In this document: positions 39,301 through 47,820 of the stretch, one piece after another
Layout: every line of letters starts with the position of its first letter
How positions within the stretch are numbered: position 1 is the stretch's first letter
NCBI GenBank assembly: GCA_031546965.1
Contig: JAVBJR010000595.1
Span: 7,041 to 71,040, forward strand
Length of the DNA stretch: 64,000 bases
Direction: 5' to 3'
Source: Dysgonomonas sp.
GTDB taxonomy: Bacteria; Bacteroidota; Bacteroidia; Bacteroidales; Dysgonomonadaceae
Translations under genes and position numbers: made by a program
Notes under the pieces: model-generated
What the model was told of the DNA's origin: nothing
Databases searched by the model: none
Seen by the model: the letters and a program-made list of their open reading frames with translations, nothing else

Positions 39301-39508
39301 TACCATCAAAATCGGTAACTGTTCCGGTAGTGGAACCTTTAATAATAACACTAACTCCGGGTAAAGGTTCTTTTTGCCCGTCGGTGACTACTCCTGTTAT
39401 TGTAGCCTGAGCAAAAGCATTCGAAATACTTGCTGAGAAGATTAAGAATAGCAGAAGGCAAAGCTTCAGACTCATTCTCCTCATAGAGGTGAATTTAGTT
39501 TCTTTCAT
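36302..39508 (-). CDS. susC: SusC/RagA family TonB-dependent transporter
   Basis: CarboxypepD_reg N-terminus, [35 protein letters not shown], C-terminal [15 protein letters not shown]. Confidence 0.97.
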   Translation of the reverse strand: [1068 protein letters not shown]

Positions 39509-39613
39509 GGATTTCTGATTTTACTGTTAAACAATTATTTATTTAAGTATATATTCAAGTATAACTTCCTTAAAAAAGGGGTGTTATCTTAATCATTCTT
39601 AAATAATCTGCAA

Positions 39614-39621
39614 CAAATGTA
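39614..39621 (-). promoter_or_regulatory. -7 box of susC promoter
   Basis: CAAATGTA on + = TACATTTG on -. Confidence 0.65.
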
Positions 39622-39766
39622 AAAACAGTAAGTTCAGAGGATGTATAATTTATCTCACGATGAATACTTCCAGCTGTTATTTAACAATAAGCAGACCTCA
39701 TTTTTACTACTCAAAATATTTTAATTTATTAATATATAGCATTTTACCCAGGTCGTATTTTACTAT

Positions 39767-42565
39767 TTACATTTGCAAAAAGAAGTCATTTAAGTGTTGA
39801 TGTGAGGGGATATCCAGCTTTTTTCGTAGTCTATACCTGCTATTTTCTACTGCTCTCACCGAAATGTTCATAAGAGCAGCTATTTCTTTGGAGTCTAAAT
39901 TGAGCTTCAAACAGGCACAAAGACGCAGGTCGTTAGCTGTGAGTTGAGGGTAGGACTCTTTTATTTTTTTGAAAAAGTGTGTATGTTTCTGTTCGAATTT
40001 GATCAAGAATGTTTTCCAATCTTCTTCACTATCCAAATTGCTGTTAAGCAAGGTATTGATCTTTTGAAACAGAGGTGCTAAGGTTTTATTATTTTGTTTG
40101 GTGTAGAATTCTTCCACTTCGTTTTTAATATTAAGAATCAGCTCATTACGCTGTATAATGAATGAGGTTTGAGATAGTAGTTCTGCATTTTTTTCTTCTA
40201 CCTCTTGCTGGAGATGCTCATTGATAAGGTTTAAACGTTTGGATTCAAGTATACGCATTTTCTTGATATGCAGCTTTTTGTATTTATATTGAACGTACGC
40301 AATAATAGCTGCAATAAATAGCATGAACAATACAAAATAGGCTGTAATTGCCCAGCCCGACTGATACCAAGGAGCTAATATCTCGAAAGAGAATCGGATT
40401 TCTTGGGACTTGTTTCCTTGACGGTCTATTGCGACCAGTATAAAGGTGTATTTACCCTTAGGAAGACGTTCGTAAGTAACATGGTTTTGATTCTTAACGG
40501 CATACCATTGATCGTCTAAGCCTTCGAGTTTATACAAGAATGACAGGTTTCGGGTCAGCGTTTCGGCTGTAGAAAAACTAAAGTTAATGGTATTGAATGA
40601 GTGGCTTATCTGATTAAAATTGTTGTCAAGATAGTCTGATTCTCCATTAGAATTGGATATTTTGATCGATTTGAAGTAGGATTGTGCTATCGGTTTGTAG
40701 TCTGCCGTTAATTTATTTTGGCACAATAAGAAGCCGTTATCTAAGCAAATAAGACTCAAATCATCGTCCAAATTGACGATATTTTCATAATTGTCAACCA
40801 TCGAGAAGTTTTTGTACCCTATATCTATAGTAAATTTTATTTGAGCCCTATTGTCAGCATAAGTTACATTGTAAACAAGGTTATTACCTATGATCCAAAA
40901 ATTTTCGGGAGATATATTAACCACCTCTTTGAGTCCGGTAATATCCCGAAAGCACTCGTTCAAAGCATTTTCGGGAACAATAGATCCGTCGATATCATTA
41001 TAAGTATAGAATTTGTTATTGCCCAGAAAGGCAACCCTTCCACCTACTTTAAACAATTTCAATTTGTACGGGATGTCCTGCTGACCTTCGCTTCCATAAT
41101 ATTTGAATGATTCTATTTTAGAGAAGTCGTTATTGAGCCGGGTTCGGTATATGCCCTTATTCATGTGTTGAAACCAAACATTATTAAGATGATCGGTCTG
41201 CACTTTATTAATAGGTTCGAGTACCTCATTCAAATTATGGATGGTTTTGGTTTTTTTATCTAAAGTTATTACGTTGACGTAAGTACCCAATAGGAGATGA
41301 TCGGGATCTTTTTCGAGTATATAAAATACTCCTGCATTAATATTATAAGGAGCCGTTACAGACAGGTTTTTATCTATTACAAGTAATCCCCAATTATGAG
41401 AGCAATACAACTGATTGTCAATAACATTGAGACTCCAAACCTGCCCTTCTGTTTTAGGTACAAACCTAAATTTAGAGAGGGCATTCATGCTATATAAGTC
41501 ATTTTTTTCGATATAGTATACCCCTTGATTTGTTGCCACAAAAAGCTTGTTGTCGTATAATGCAGCCGAATATACAGCACCTATTTTTCCCTTAGGGTCT
41601 GTTATACAGCTAATTCCGTTCAAGTACTGTATACAGGATATTCCTCGGTCTAATCCTGCCCAAATATTGTAAGCATGATCTTCGTATATAGACAATACGG
41701 TATTGTTGTGCAGGTAAGTTTCGGTATTGAAGTGATTGGTTATGTTTCCATTTGGCGACAATTCGTATACTCCCCCGAGAATTGTGCCAAAGTAATAATT
41801 GCCGTTATGAGCAGCCAGTCCGCAATTGATATTATTGTCAATCAGTTCATTATTGTTATTCCAGACCTTAAATTCTACTCCGTCGTAAATATAAAGTCCC
41901 ATAGACGATGTGCCTATAATGTACTTATTATCAGGAGAGGGAAGCACTGTTTTGACTTCTGTCTTTGAAAATATTTCGCTGCCTGCTATTTTAACATAAC
42001 GATCTCCTTCTATTTTAAAAATACTTCCACCAATTTCTTGCACCCATAGTTCGTTGTTGACTTTTATCAAAAGAAGGATACTTTTCTGTTCGGGCAATAT
42101 ATATACATTATTTTGATCGTAGATATAGATATTTCTGAAAGACTGAAAATAGATCAAGTTATCTTTTTTCCAGATTCTCCAAATGTCGTCATTGTGTAGT
42201 GGACCTCCCGGTAAATTATCACTTAAGGAGGTGTATTTGAGAAGACCGCTGATGCCTCTATCCCATCGACCAAATTCTTCGTATCCACCCGTATAGATGG
42301 TCTGATTGGAGGCAGCCGACACAGCCCTCACCACATCTGCTTTATGTAATTTGTTGAGATGCCAGTCTATCCCATCGAACTCAAGCAACCCTAAATCGTT
42401 TCCTATGTATATTATCCCCTTTTCGTCTTCGCTCAAAGACCAGTTTTTGTTGCCGGCTTGGTAGTCGTTTCTGTTAAAGTTAATAATGTTAGGATTGTTG
42501 GCTGATATGGTGATGAATGATAATATAAAGACAGTTATTGCTGTCAAAAACATATATCGAGTCAT
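39767..42565 (-). CDS. Membrane-spanning one-component regulator: beta-propeller sensor + Y_Y_Y + TM + LuxR-type HTH
   Basis: YQAGNKNW, YKLEGLDDQW...YERLP.GKYTF (Y_Y_Y), PWY + TM, LTANDLRLCACLKLNLDSKEIA.LMNIS.RAVE..RYRLRKKL; no histidine kinase. Confidence 0.9.
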   Translation of the reverse strand: MTRYMFLTAITVFILSFITISANNPNIINFNRNDYQAGNKNWSLSEDEKGIIYIGNDLGLLEFDGIDWHLNKLHKADVVRAVSAASNQTIYTGGYEEFGRWDRGISGLLKYTSLSDNLPGGPLHNDDIWRIWKKDNLIYFQSFRNIYIYDQNNVYILPEQKSILLLIKVNNELWVQEIGGSIFKIEGDRYVKIAGSEIFSKTEVKTVLPSPDNKYIIGTSSMGLYIYDGVEFKVWNNNNELIDNNINCGLAAHNGNYYFGTILGGVYELSPNGNITNHFNTETYLHNNTVLSIYEDHAYNIWAGLDRGISCIQYLNGISCITDPKGKIGAVYSAALYDNKLFVATNQGVYYIEKNDLYSMNALSKFRFVPKTEGQVWSLNVIDNQLYCSHNWGLLVIDKNLSVTAPYNINAGVFYILEKDPDHLLLGTYVNVITLDKKTKTIHNLNEVLEPINKVQTDHLNNVWFQHMNKGIYRTRLNNDFSKIESFKYYGSEGQQDIPYKLKLFKVGGRVAFLGNNKFYTYNDIDGSIVPENALNECFRDITGLKEVVNISPENFWIIGNNLVYNVTYADNRAQIKFTIDIGYKNFSMVDNYENIVNLDDDLSLICLDNGFLLCQNKLTADYKPIAQSYFKSIKISNSNGESDYLDNNFNQISHSFNTINFSFSTAETLTRNLSFLYKLEGLDDQWYAVKNQNHVTYERLPKGKYTFILVAIDRQGNKSQEIRFSFEILAPWYQSGWAITAYFVLFMLFIAAIIAYVQYKYKKLHIKKMRILESKRLNLINEHLQQEVEEKNAELLSQTSFIIQRNELILNIKNEVEEFYTKQNNKTLAPLFQKINTLLNSNLDSEEDWKTFLIKFEQKHTHFFKKIKESYPQLTANDLRLCACLKLNLDSKEIAALMNISVRAVENSRYRLRKKLDIPSHQHLNDFFLQM

Positions 42566-42763
42566 AGTTTCTCTGACTTTTTATTGCATTTATTTGAACG
42601 GTTTCTGTAATGAATGGGATAAAGATATAGAAAAATAGATTAATTTTGATGCTCCGAAGCACTATAAGGATGGATGTGTATTTGTTGCACAGATAAGTGC
42701 CATAAATAAAGAGAGGTACCATCTCAAATAGAATAGTTTTTTTAGCTCGAAAATAATAAACGA

Positions 42764-44200
42764 ATGATAGAATTAGGTGCAAATGTGAATATACACGATG
42801 TTTTAGCTCATTTTCGTATTACAACAGAAGACATGCTAAAGGTGTTAAACGAAGCTTTGGCTAAAGGTGGAGATTATGCCGACCTTTATTTTGAGCATAC
42901 TATAAACAGCAGCATATCGCTTCGGGATGGAGAGGTAAACCGCACATCGTCCAATATCGATTATGGAGTAGGCGTGAGGGTTGTAGTTGGCGATCAGACA
43001 GGCTATGCCTATGTAGAAAATACAACATTGCCCGATATGTTGCGTGCTGCACAAACTGCTGCCCGAATTGCACATACCTCGAAACAAAGCTGCTCTGCAA
43101 ATATAACTGAAACACATTTTGCCAATCACTATAAAATAAGTAAGTCTTGGCAAGACATCTCTGTAAATGAGAAAAAGGTTTTTATCGAAAAACTGAATGC
43201 CCGAATTTTTGAACTCGATTCGAGAGTGATAAAAGCTTCGGTAAGTTTAAATCATTCGACCTCCTATATATTATTTTTTAATTCCGATGGTGTTCTTTCG
43301 TGGGACTATCGCCCGATGGCAGTAATGTACGGAGGATGTACTATGGAGCAAAGCGGTAAAATAGAAAATGGTTTTGCATCACGAGCCTATCGCAAGGGCT
43401 TTGAGTTTTTAGATAACAATTTGATCGAAACCTTAGCACAAGAGTCGGTTTCACAAACCGCTCTGATGTTTGATGCCGTGAAACCCAAAGGAGGCGAAAT
43501 GCCCGTTGTAATGGGAGCCGGAGGGTCGGGCATATTATTGCATGAGGCTATCGGACATGCTTTTGAGGCAGATTTTAACCGTAAGAATGTCTCCATATTT
43601 TCTGACCTGTTAGGTAAGTCTATCTGTAACCCCAATATTAATGTGGTTGACGATGGCACCATAGAATTTGCCCGTGGAGCTATTAATTTTGATGATGAAG
43701 GCATCGAAAGCCAAAAGACATATATTGTAAGAAACGGCATTCTCGAAAGTTACTTGCACGACCGGATAAGTGCCAAATATTACGGCGTAAAACCCACCGG
43801 TAACGGACGCCGCCAATCGTTTCGCCATGTACCTATGCCACGTATGCGCGTGACGTATATGGAGTCGGGCAACGTGACCAATGAAGAGATGATTGCGAGC
43901 GTAAAGCAAGGGGTGTATGTAGATAATTTCAGCAACGGACAGGTACAGATCGGAGCAGGCGATTTTACGTTTTATGTAAAAACAGGCTATCTGATCGAAA
44001 ATGGAAAACTTACCCAACCTATAAAAGATATCAATATCATAGGAAACGGACCTAAGGCTTTAGCCGACATTACCATGGTGGGCAATAATCTCAAAATAGA
44101 CGAAAGCTCGTGGACTTGTGGTAAAGACGGACAAAGTGTACCCGTTGGACAAGGGCTACCATCGGTGTTAGTCAGTAAATTGACAGTGGGAGGAGAATAA
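42764..44200 (+). CDS. tldD: TldD metalloprotease
   Basis: YADLYFEH, G.GVRVV.GDQTGYA, HEAIGH zinc motif, FDDEG, GNGRRQS....PMPRM, CGKDGQSVPVG.G.P. Confidence 0.95.
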   Translation: MIELGANVNIHDVLAHFRITTEDMLKVLNEALAKGGDYADLYFEHTINSSISLRDGEVNRTSSNIDYGVGVRVVVGDQTGYAYVENTTLPDMLRAAQTAARIAHTSKQSCSANITETHFANHYKISKSWQDISVNEKKVFIEKLNARIFELDSRVIKASVSLNHSTSYILFFNSDGVLSWDYRPMAVMYGGCTMEQSGKIENGFASRAYRKGFEFLDNNLIETLAQESVSQTALMFDAVKPKGGEMPVVMGAGGSGILLHEAIGHAFEADFNRKNVSIFSDLLGKSICNPNINVVDDGTIEFARGAINFDDEGIESQKTYIVRNGILESYLHDRISAKYYGVKPTGNGRRQSFRHVPMPRMRVTYMESGNVTNEEMIASVKQGVYVDNFSNGQVQIGAGDFTFYVKTGYLIENGKLTQPIKDINIIGNGPKALADITMVGNNLKIDESSWTCGKDGQSVPVGQGLPSVLVSKLTVGGE

Positions 44201-44257
44201 TCAGAATACTTAAATATATCTTAACTAAGCAAAAGATCTTAATAGACAAATGACCTT

Positions 44258-44965
44258 ATGAAAAAGCATTTATTTCTTTCGTTACTTCTGTTTGCAGTAT
44301 CCATTATCTCTTATTCCCAAGAAATTCAACTGCATTTCGACCCCCGTCATGCTGTAAACAGCGATGTTGCCGCTCGAAATTACTTTACGGCTACATTCCA
44401 AATGTTTAAACCCGACAAGTGGGGATCAACTTTCGGATTTGTAGATTTTGATTTCAGCCAAAGCAAAGGCAATATCGGTTTGGCTTATATGGAAATTGCC
44501 CGAAATATAAAAGTAGGCAAAAGCCCTATTATGCCTCACCTTGAATTTAATGGTGGGGTTGGGACTTCAAATTCTTCGGGATTTTCGATACCTAACGCTT
44601 ACCTTGTTGGGGCAGCGTACGATCATGCTTTCGGCAGTGTATTTATCAATACTTATTTGACTTATAAATATAACGCATTCGAGAAAGTAAGCAACGACGT
44701 GCAATGGACAGGATGCTGGAATACTAACCTGTTCAACAACAAGTTAACCCTTACCGGTTTTATTGATATTTGGACCGAAAATAAAAATCGTGCAACAGGC
44801 GAAGGGGGCAAAAAGGTTATCTTATTGACCGAGCCTCAGTTTTGGTATAATGTAGATTCGCATTTGTCTTTTGGTAGTGAGATCGAAATTTCGAATAATT
44901 TCTATCCCTACTATGGCAACGAAGTATATGTATTCCCCACTATTGCAGGGAAATGGACGTTTTAA
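44258..44965 (+). CDS. DUF5020 family outer-membrane protein (Tsx/nucleoside-channel-like)
   Basis: Signal peptide; QLHFD, T.QMFKPDKWGSTFGFVDFDF, AYMEIAR, TEPQFWY, C-terminal KWTF beta-signal. Confidence 0.8.
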   Translation: MKKHLFLSLLLFAVSIISYSQEIQLHFDPRHAVNSDVAARNYFTATFQMFKPDKWGSTFGFVDFDFSQSKGNIGLAYMEIARNIKVGKSPIMPHLEFNGGVGTSNSSGFSIPNAYLVGAAYDHAFGSVFINTYLTYKYNAFEKVSNDVQWTGCWNTNLFNNKLTLTGFIDIWTENKNRATGEGGKKVILLTEPQFWYNVDSHLSFGSEIEISNNFYPYYGNEVYVFPTIAGKWTF

Positions 44966-44976
44966 TCATTATAAAT

Positions 44977-44999
44977 AGACGCAAGCATTGCGTCTCTAC
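44977..44999. repeat. GTAG-type REP (GTAGAGACG class)
   Basis: AGACGCAAGCATTGCGTCTCTAC; its reverse complement differs from 51291-51314 by one T. Confidence 0.8.
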
Positions 45000-45014
45000 A
45001 GCTCAGAACTCCCT

Positions 45015-45046
45015 ACTCGTAACTCGTAACTTGTAACTCGTAACTT
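45015..45046. repeat. Heptamer array (TCGTAAC)x4
   Basis: ACTCGTAACTCGTAACTTGTAACTCGTAACTT, ending 8 nt before the NCS2 ATG. Confidence 0.8.
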
Positions 45047-45054
45047 AAAAAAAT

Positions 45055-46380
45055 ATGTTAGAGAAAATTTTTAAACTAAAAGAACATAATACAACAATCC
45101 GAAAAGAACTTATTGCCGGATTTATTACTTTTCTCACGATGTCCTATATTCTTGTTGTAAATCCCAATGTACTGGGTGAGACAGGTATGGATAAGTCTGC
45201 TTTGTTTACTGCCACCGCCTTGGGTGCGGTGGCAGGTACACTGTTTATGGCATTTTTTGCTAATCTGCCCATTGCTCAAGCATCGGGTATGGGTTTGAAT
45301 ACTTTCTTTGCGGTAAATGTGGTACTGAAAATGGGGTATTCGTGGCAGTTTGCCCTCACGGCAGTATTTTTGGAAGGTCTTATATTTATAGCACTTACAT
45401 TTTTTAATGTGCGTGAACTTATTCTCAAAAGCATTCCAATAGTACTCAAAGATGCTATACCGGTGGGTATAGGGCTTTTTATAGCACTTATTGGGTTGAA
45501 GACTGCCGGAATCATAGTACCAAACCCGCATACGCTGATAGAAGTGGGAGATTTGTCTAACCCTAATGTATGGGTTGCCTTTATAGGGTTGTTCTGTGCC
45601 GGTGTGTTATTGGCAAAAGACGTAAAGGCGGCTATCCTTATTGCAATCGTAGTATCTGCTATTTTTGCAGCTATCTTCGGGATATTCAATCCGGTAGAAG
45701 AGCTGAGCAAGAGTGGTGTTGTGAGCCTGCCTCCATCACTTAGCCCTATTTTCGCCAAGTTTGAGTGGACTCAGGTCTTCACGTTCGATATGCTTATCAT
45801 CGTGTTTACTTTCTTGCTTATTAATCTTTTCGATACTATCGGTACACTGATAGGTGTTGTTTCTAAAGCCGGACTTTTGGATAAGGACGGAAATTTTCCG
45901 CAAGCCAAAAGAGCTTTATTTGCCGATGCACTGGGTACAACCGTAGGAGCAATACTAGGTACTAGTACAGTAACATCTTACGTAGAAAGTACGGCGGGAG
46001 TAGCATCCGGAGGGCGTACCGGTTTAACGGCTGTGAGCACAGCTTTGATGTTTTGTGCAGCATTATTTTTTGCGCCTCTATTTTTGATGATTCCTGCATC
46101 TGCAACAGCTCCGGCTCTCATTATTGTTGGTCTGTTTATGATATCATCGGTTGTAAAAATCAATTTTTCGGACATTACCGAAAGCCTGCCTGCATTTATT
46201 ACCATCACCTTTATGCCTTTTACTTATAGCATTGCTCAAGGAATTATATTTGGTATCTTGAGTTTTACCATTATTAAAGTATTCTCGGGTAAATATAAAG
46301 ATGTGAGTGCAGCCATATTTGTAATATCGCTTCTATTTATAGTGAAACTGGTATTGGATGCCATACATATTTTTGGATAA
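45055..46380 (+). CDS. NCS2 family permease (AzgA/PbuG-like purine type)
   Basis: E.IAGF.TFLTMSYILVVNP, ASGMGLNTFF, GIGLFIA.IG, DTIGTL.G, GTSTVTSYVES.AGV.SGGRTGLT. Confidence 0.93.
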   Translation: MLEKIFKLKEHNTTIRKELIAGFITFLTMSYILVVNPNVLGETGMDKSALFTATALGAVAGTLFMAFFANLPIAQASGMGLNTFFAVNVVLKMGYSWQFALTAVFLEGLIFIALTFFNVRELILKSIPIVLKDAIPVGIGLFIALIGLKTAGIIVPNPHTLIEVGDLSNPNVWVAFIGLFCAGVLLAKDVKAAILIAIVVSAIFAAIFGIFNPVEELSKSGVVSLPPSLSPIFAKFEWTQVFTFDMLIIVFTFLLINLFDTIGTLIGVVSKAGLLDKDGNFPQAKRALFADALGTTVGAILGTSTVTSYVESTAGVASGGRTGLTAVSTALMFCAALFFAPLFLMIPASATAPALIIVGLFMISSVVKINFSDITESLPAFITITFMPFTYSIAQGIIFGILSFTIIKVFSGKYKDVSAAIFVISLLFIVKLVLDAIHIFG

Positions 46381-46386
46381 AAAAAA

Positions 46387-47715
46387 ATGACAATTACATC
46401 AGAACATAAAAATATAGCCCAATGGGCAATGGATATAGCCTTGAAAAACGGCTGCTCTGCTTCGCGAGTATCCCTTACAGTTGCCAACAACAATTCGTTT
46501 GAGTACCGAAATACTCAACTAGACAAACTACACCAAAGTTCTGAAAACAAGCTCTATATAGAATTATATGTAGATGGTAGATACGGAACTCTGTCGACCA
46601 ACAGATTGGAAAAATCGGAACTCGAACCCTTTATTAAAGACGGAATTGTATCCACCCGATTTCTTGCCTCCGATGTGTGCCGTCAATTGCCCGATATAGC
46701 TCGCTGTTATAAATCGACGAAAAACGAGGATCTCGATCTGTTCGACCCTACATTTTTTAATTATACGGTAGATCAAAAATTGGCGATAGCAAAAGCCTCT
46801 GTTGAAGAGATTTACGGCACAGACGATCGTATAGTATCGGTAGTATCGAGCTACGACGACGGATGCGGTGCCGAATACATGGTGGCAAGTAACGGATTTG
46901 AGGGCGAAGTGCAAGACACGGCATATAGCTTAACGGCTGAGGTTGCTCTGAAAACCGAAGGTGATGCCCGTCCCGAATCGTATTGGTACGACAGCAAATT
47001 GTATTGGGCTGATTTGCAAACCGAAGGAATTGCCAAAAAGGCTTTGGAAAGAGCATTTCAAAAACTGGGGCAAACCAAGATTAAGTCGGGAAAATACAAT
47101 ATGATCCTCGATAATACGGTATCTATGAAGCTGTTGTCTCCACTTCTCTCGGCAATGTATGGAAGTGCTATTCAGCAAAAAAGTACATTCTTATTGAATA
47201 GGTTGGGCGATAAAATTGTATCAGACAGGCTCACGGTATTGGATAATCCGCATCAGAAACGCTCTTTCGGGTCACGATGGTACGATGGTGAGGGCATTGC
47301 TACTAAAGATCAGGTATTGATAGACAAGGGCGTTCTCAATACCTACTTTATTGATACTTATAATGCTCTTAAGATGGACGTTTTGCCCACTATTGCATCA
47401 CCATCGATCATAAAGCTGGAACATGGCTCTAAAAACCATTCTCATTTGTTGAAAACAATGGATGGTGGTATTTGGGTAACAGGTTTCAACGGTGGAAATA
47501 CCAACAGTACTACCGGAGATTTTTCGTTCGGGATAGAGGGTTTTGTAATCGAAAATGGCGTTGCAACAACACCTATCAGCGAAATGAATATAACCGGAAA
47601 TATTCTTGATTTGTGGAGTAATTTAGTTGAGGTTGGTAATGATCCTCTTTCGTTAAATGCTTCGAGGCAAATACCGTCTTTGCTATTTGAGGGTGTAAGT
47701 TTTAGCGGTTTGTAA
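46387..47715 (+). CDS. pmbA: TldE/PmbA family protein
   Basis: LYVDGRYGTLSTN, DGEG, GVLNTY, GGNTNSTTGDFSFG.EGF.IENG, EMNITGN; no HExxH. Confidence 0.93.
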   Translation: MTITSEHKNIAQWAMDIALKNGCSASRVSLTVANNNSFEYRNTQLDKLHQSSENKLYIELYVDGRYGTLSTNRLEKSELEPFIKDGIVSTRFLASDVCRQLPDIARCYKSTKNEDLDLFDPTFFNYTVDQKLAIAKASVEEIYGTDDRIVSVVSSYDDGCGAEYMVASNGFEGEVQDTAYSLTAEVALKTEGDARPESYWYDSKLYWADLQTEGIAKKALERAFQKLGQTKIKSGKYNMILDNTVSMKLLSPLLSAMYGSAIQQKSTFLLNRLGDKIVSDRLTVLDNPHQKRSFGSRWYDGEGIATKDQVLIDKGVLNTYFIDTYNALKMDVLPTIASPSIIKLEHGSKNHSHLLKTMDGGIWVTGFNGGNTNSTTGDFSFGIEGFVIENGVATTPISEMNITGNILDLWSNLVEVGNDPLSLNASRQIPSLLFEGVSFSGL

Positions 47716-47817
47716 ACCTCACCCCAACCCTTCTCCAAAGGAGAGGGGGCTAGATATGAGGGTATTTAGAACGCCCTCTCTGTACTCCCTCTCCTTTGGA
47801 GAGGGCTGGGGTGAGGT
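47716..47817. repeat. CCCTCTCC-type long palindromic element
   Basis: ACCTCACCCCAACCCTTCTCCAAAGGAGAGGG ... CCCTCTCCTTTGGAGAGGGCTGGGGTGAGGT; shares internal CCCTCTCTGTAC with the 17058 copy in the opposite orientation. Confidence 0.85.
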
Positions 47818-47820
47818 GAC

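Noticed and set aside
45015-45046. Heptamer arrays or REP doublets as a CRISPR array
   Set aside because: Units are 7-8 nt or single palindromes with no repeat-spacer periodicity and no cas genes.
44201-45054. Purine riboswitch ahead of the DUF5020/NCS2 genes, or SAM riboswitch ahead of metF
   Set aside because: No recognisable aptamer core; spacers are too short or are filled by repeats.
45076-46493. Several 76-160 aa antisense ORFs within the NCS2 gene
   Set aside because: Expected shadows of a hydrophobic membrane-protein gene; no independent evidence.
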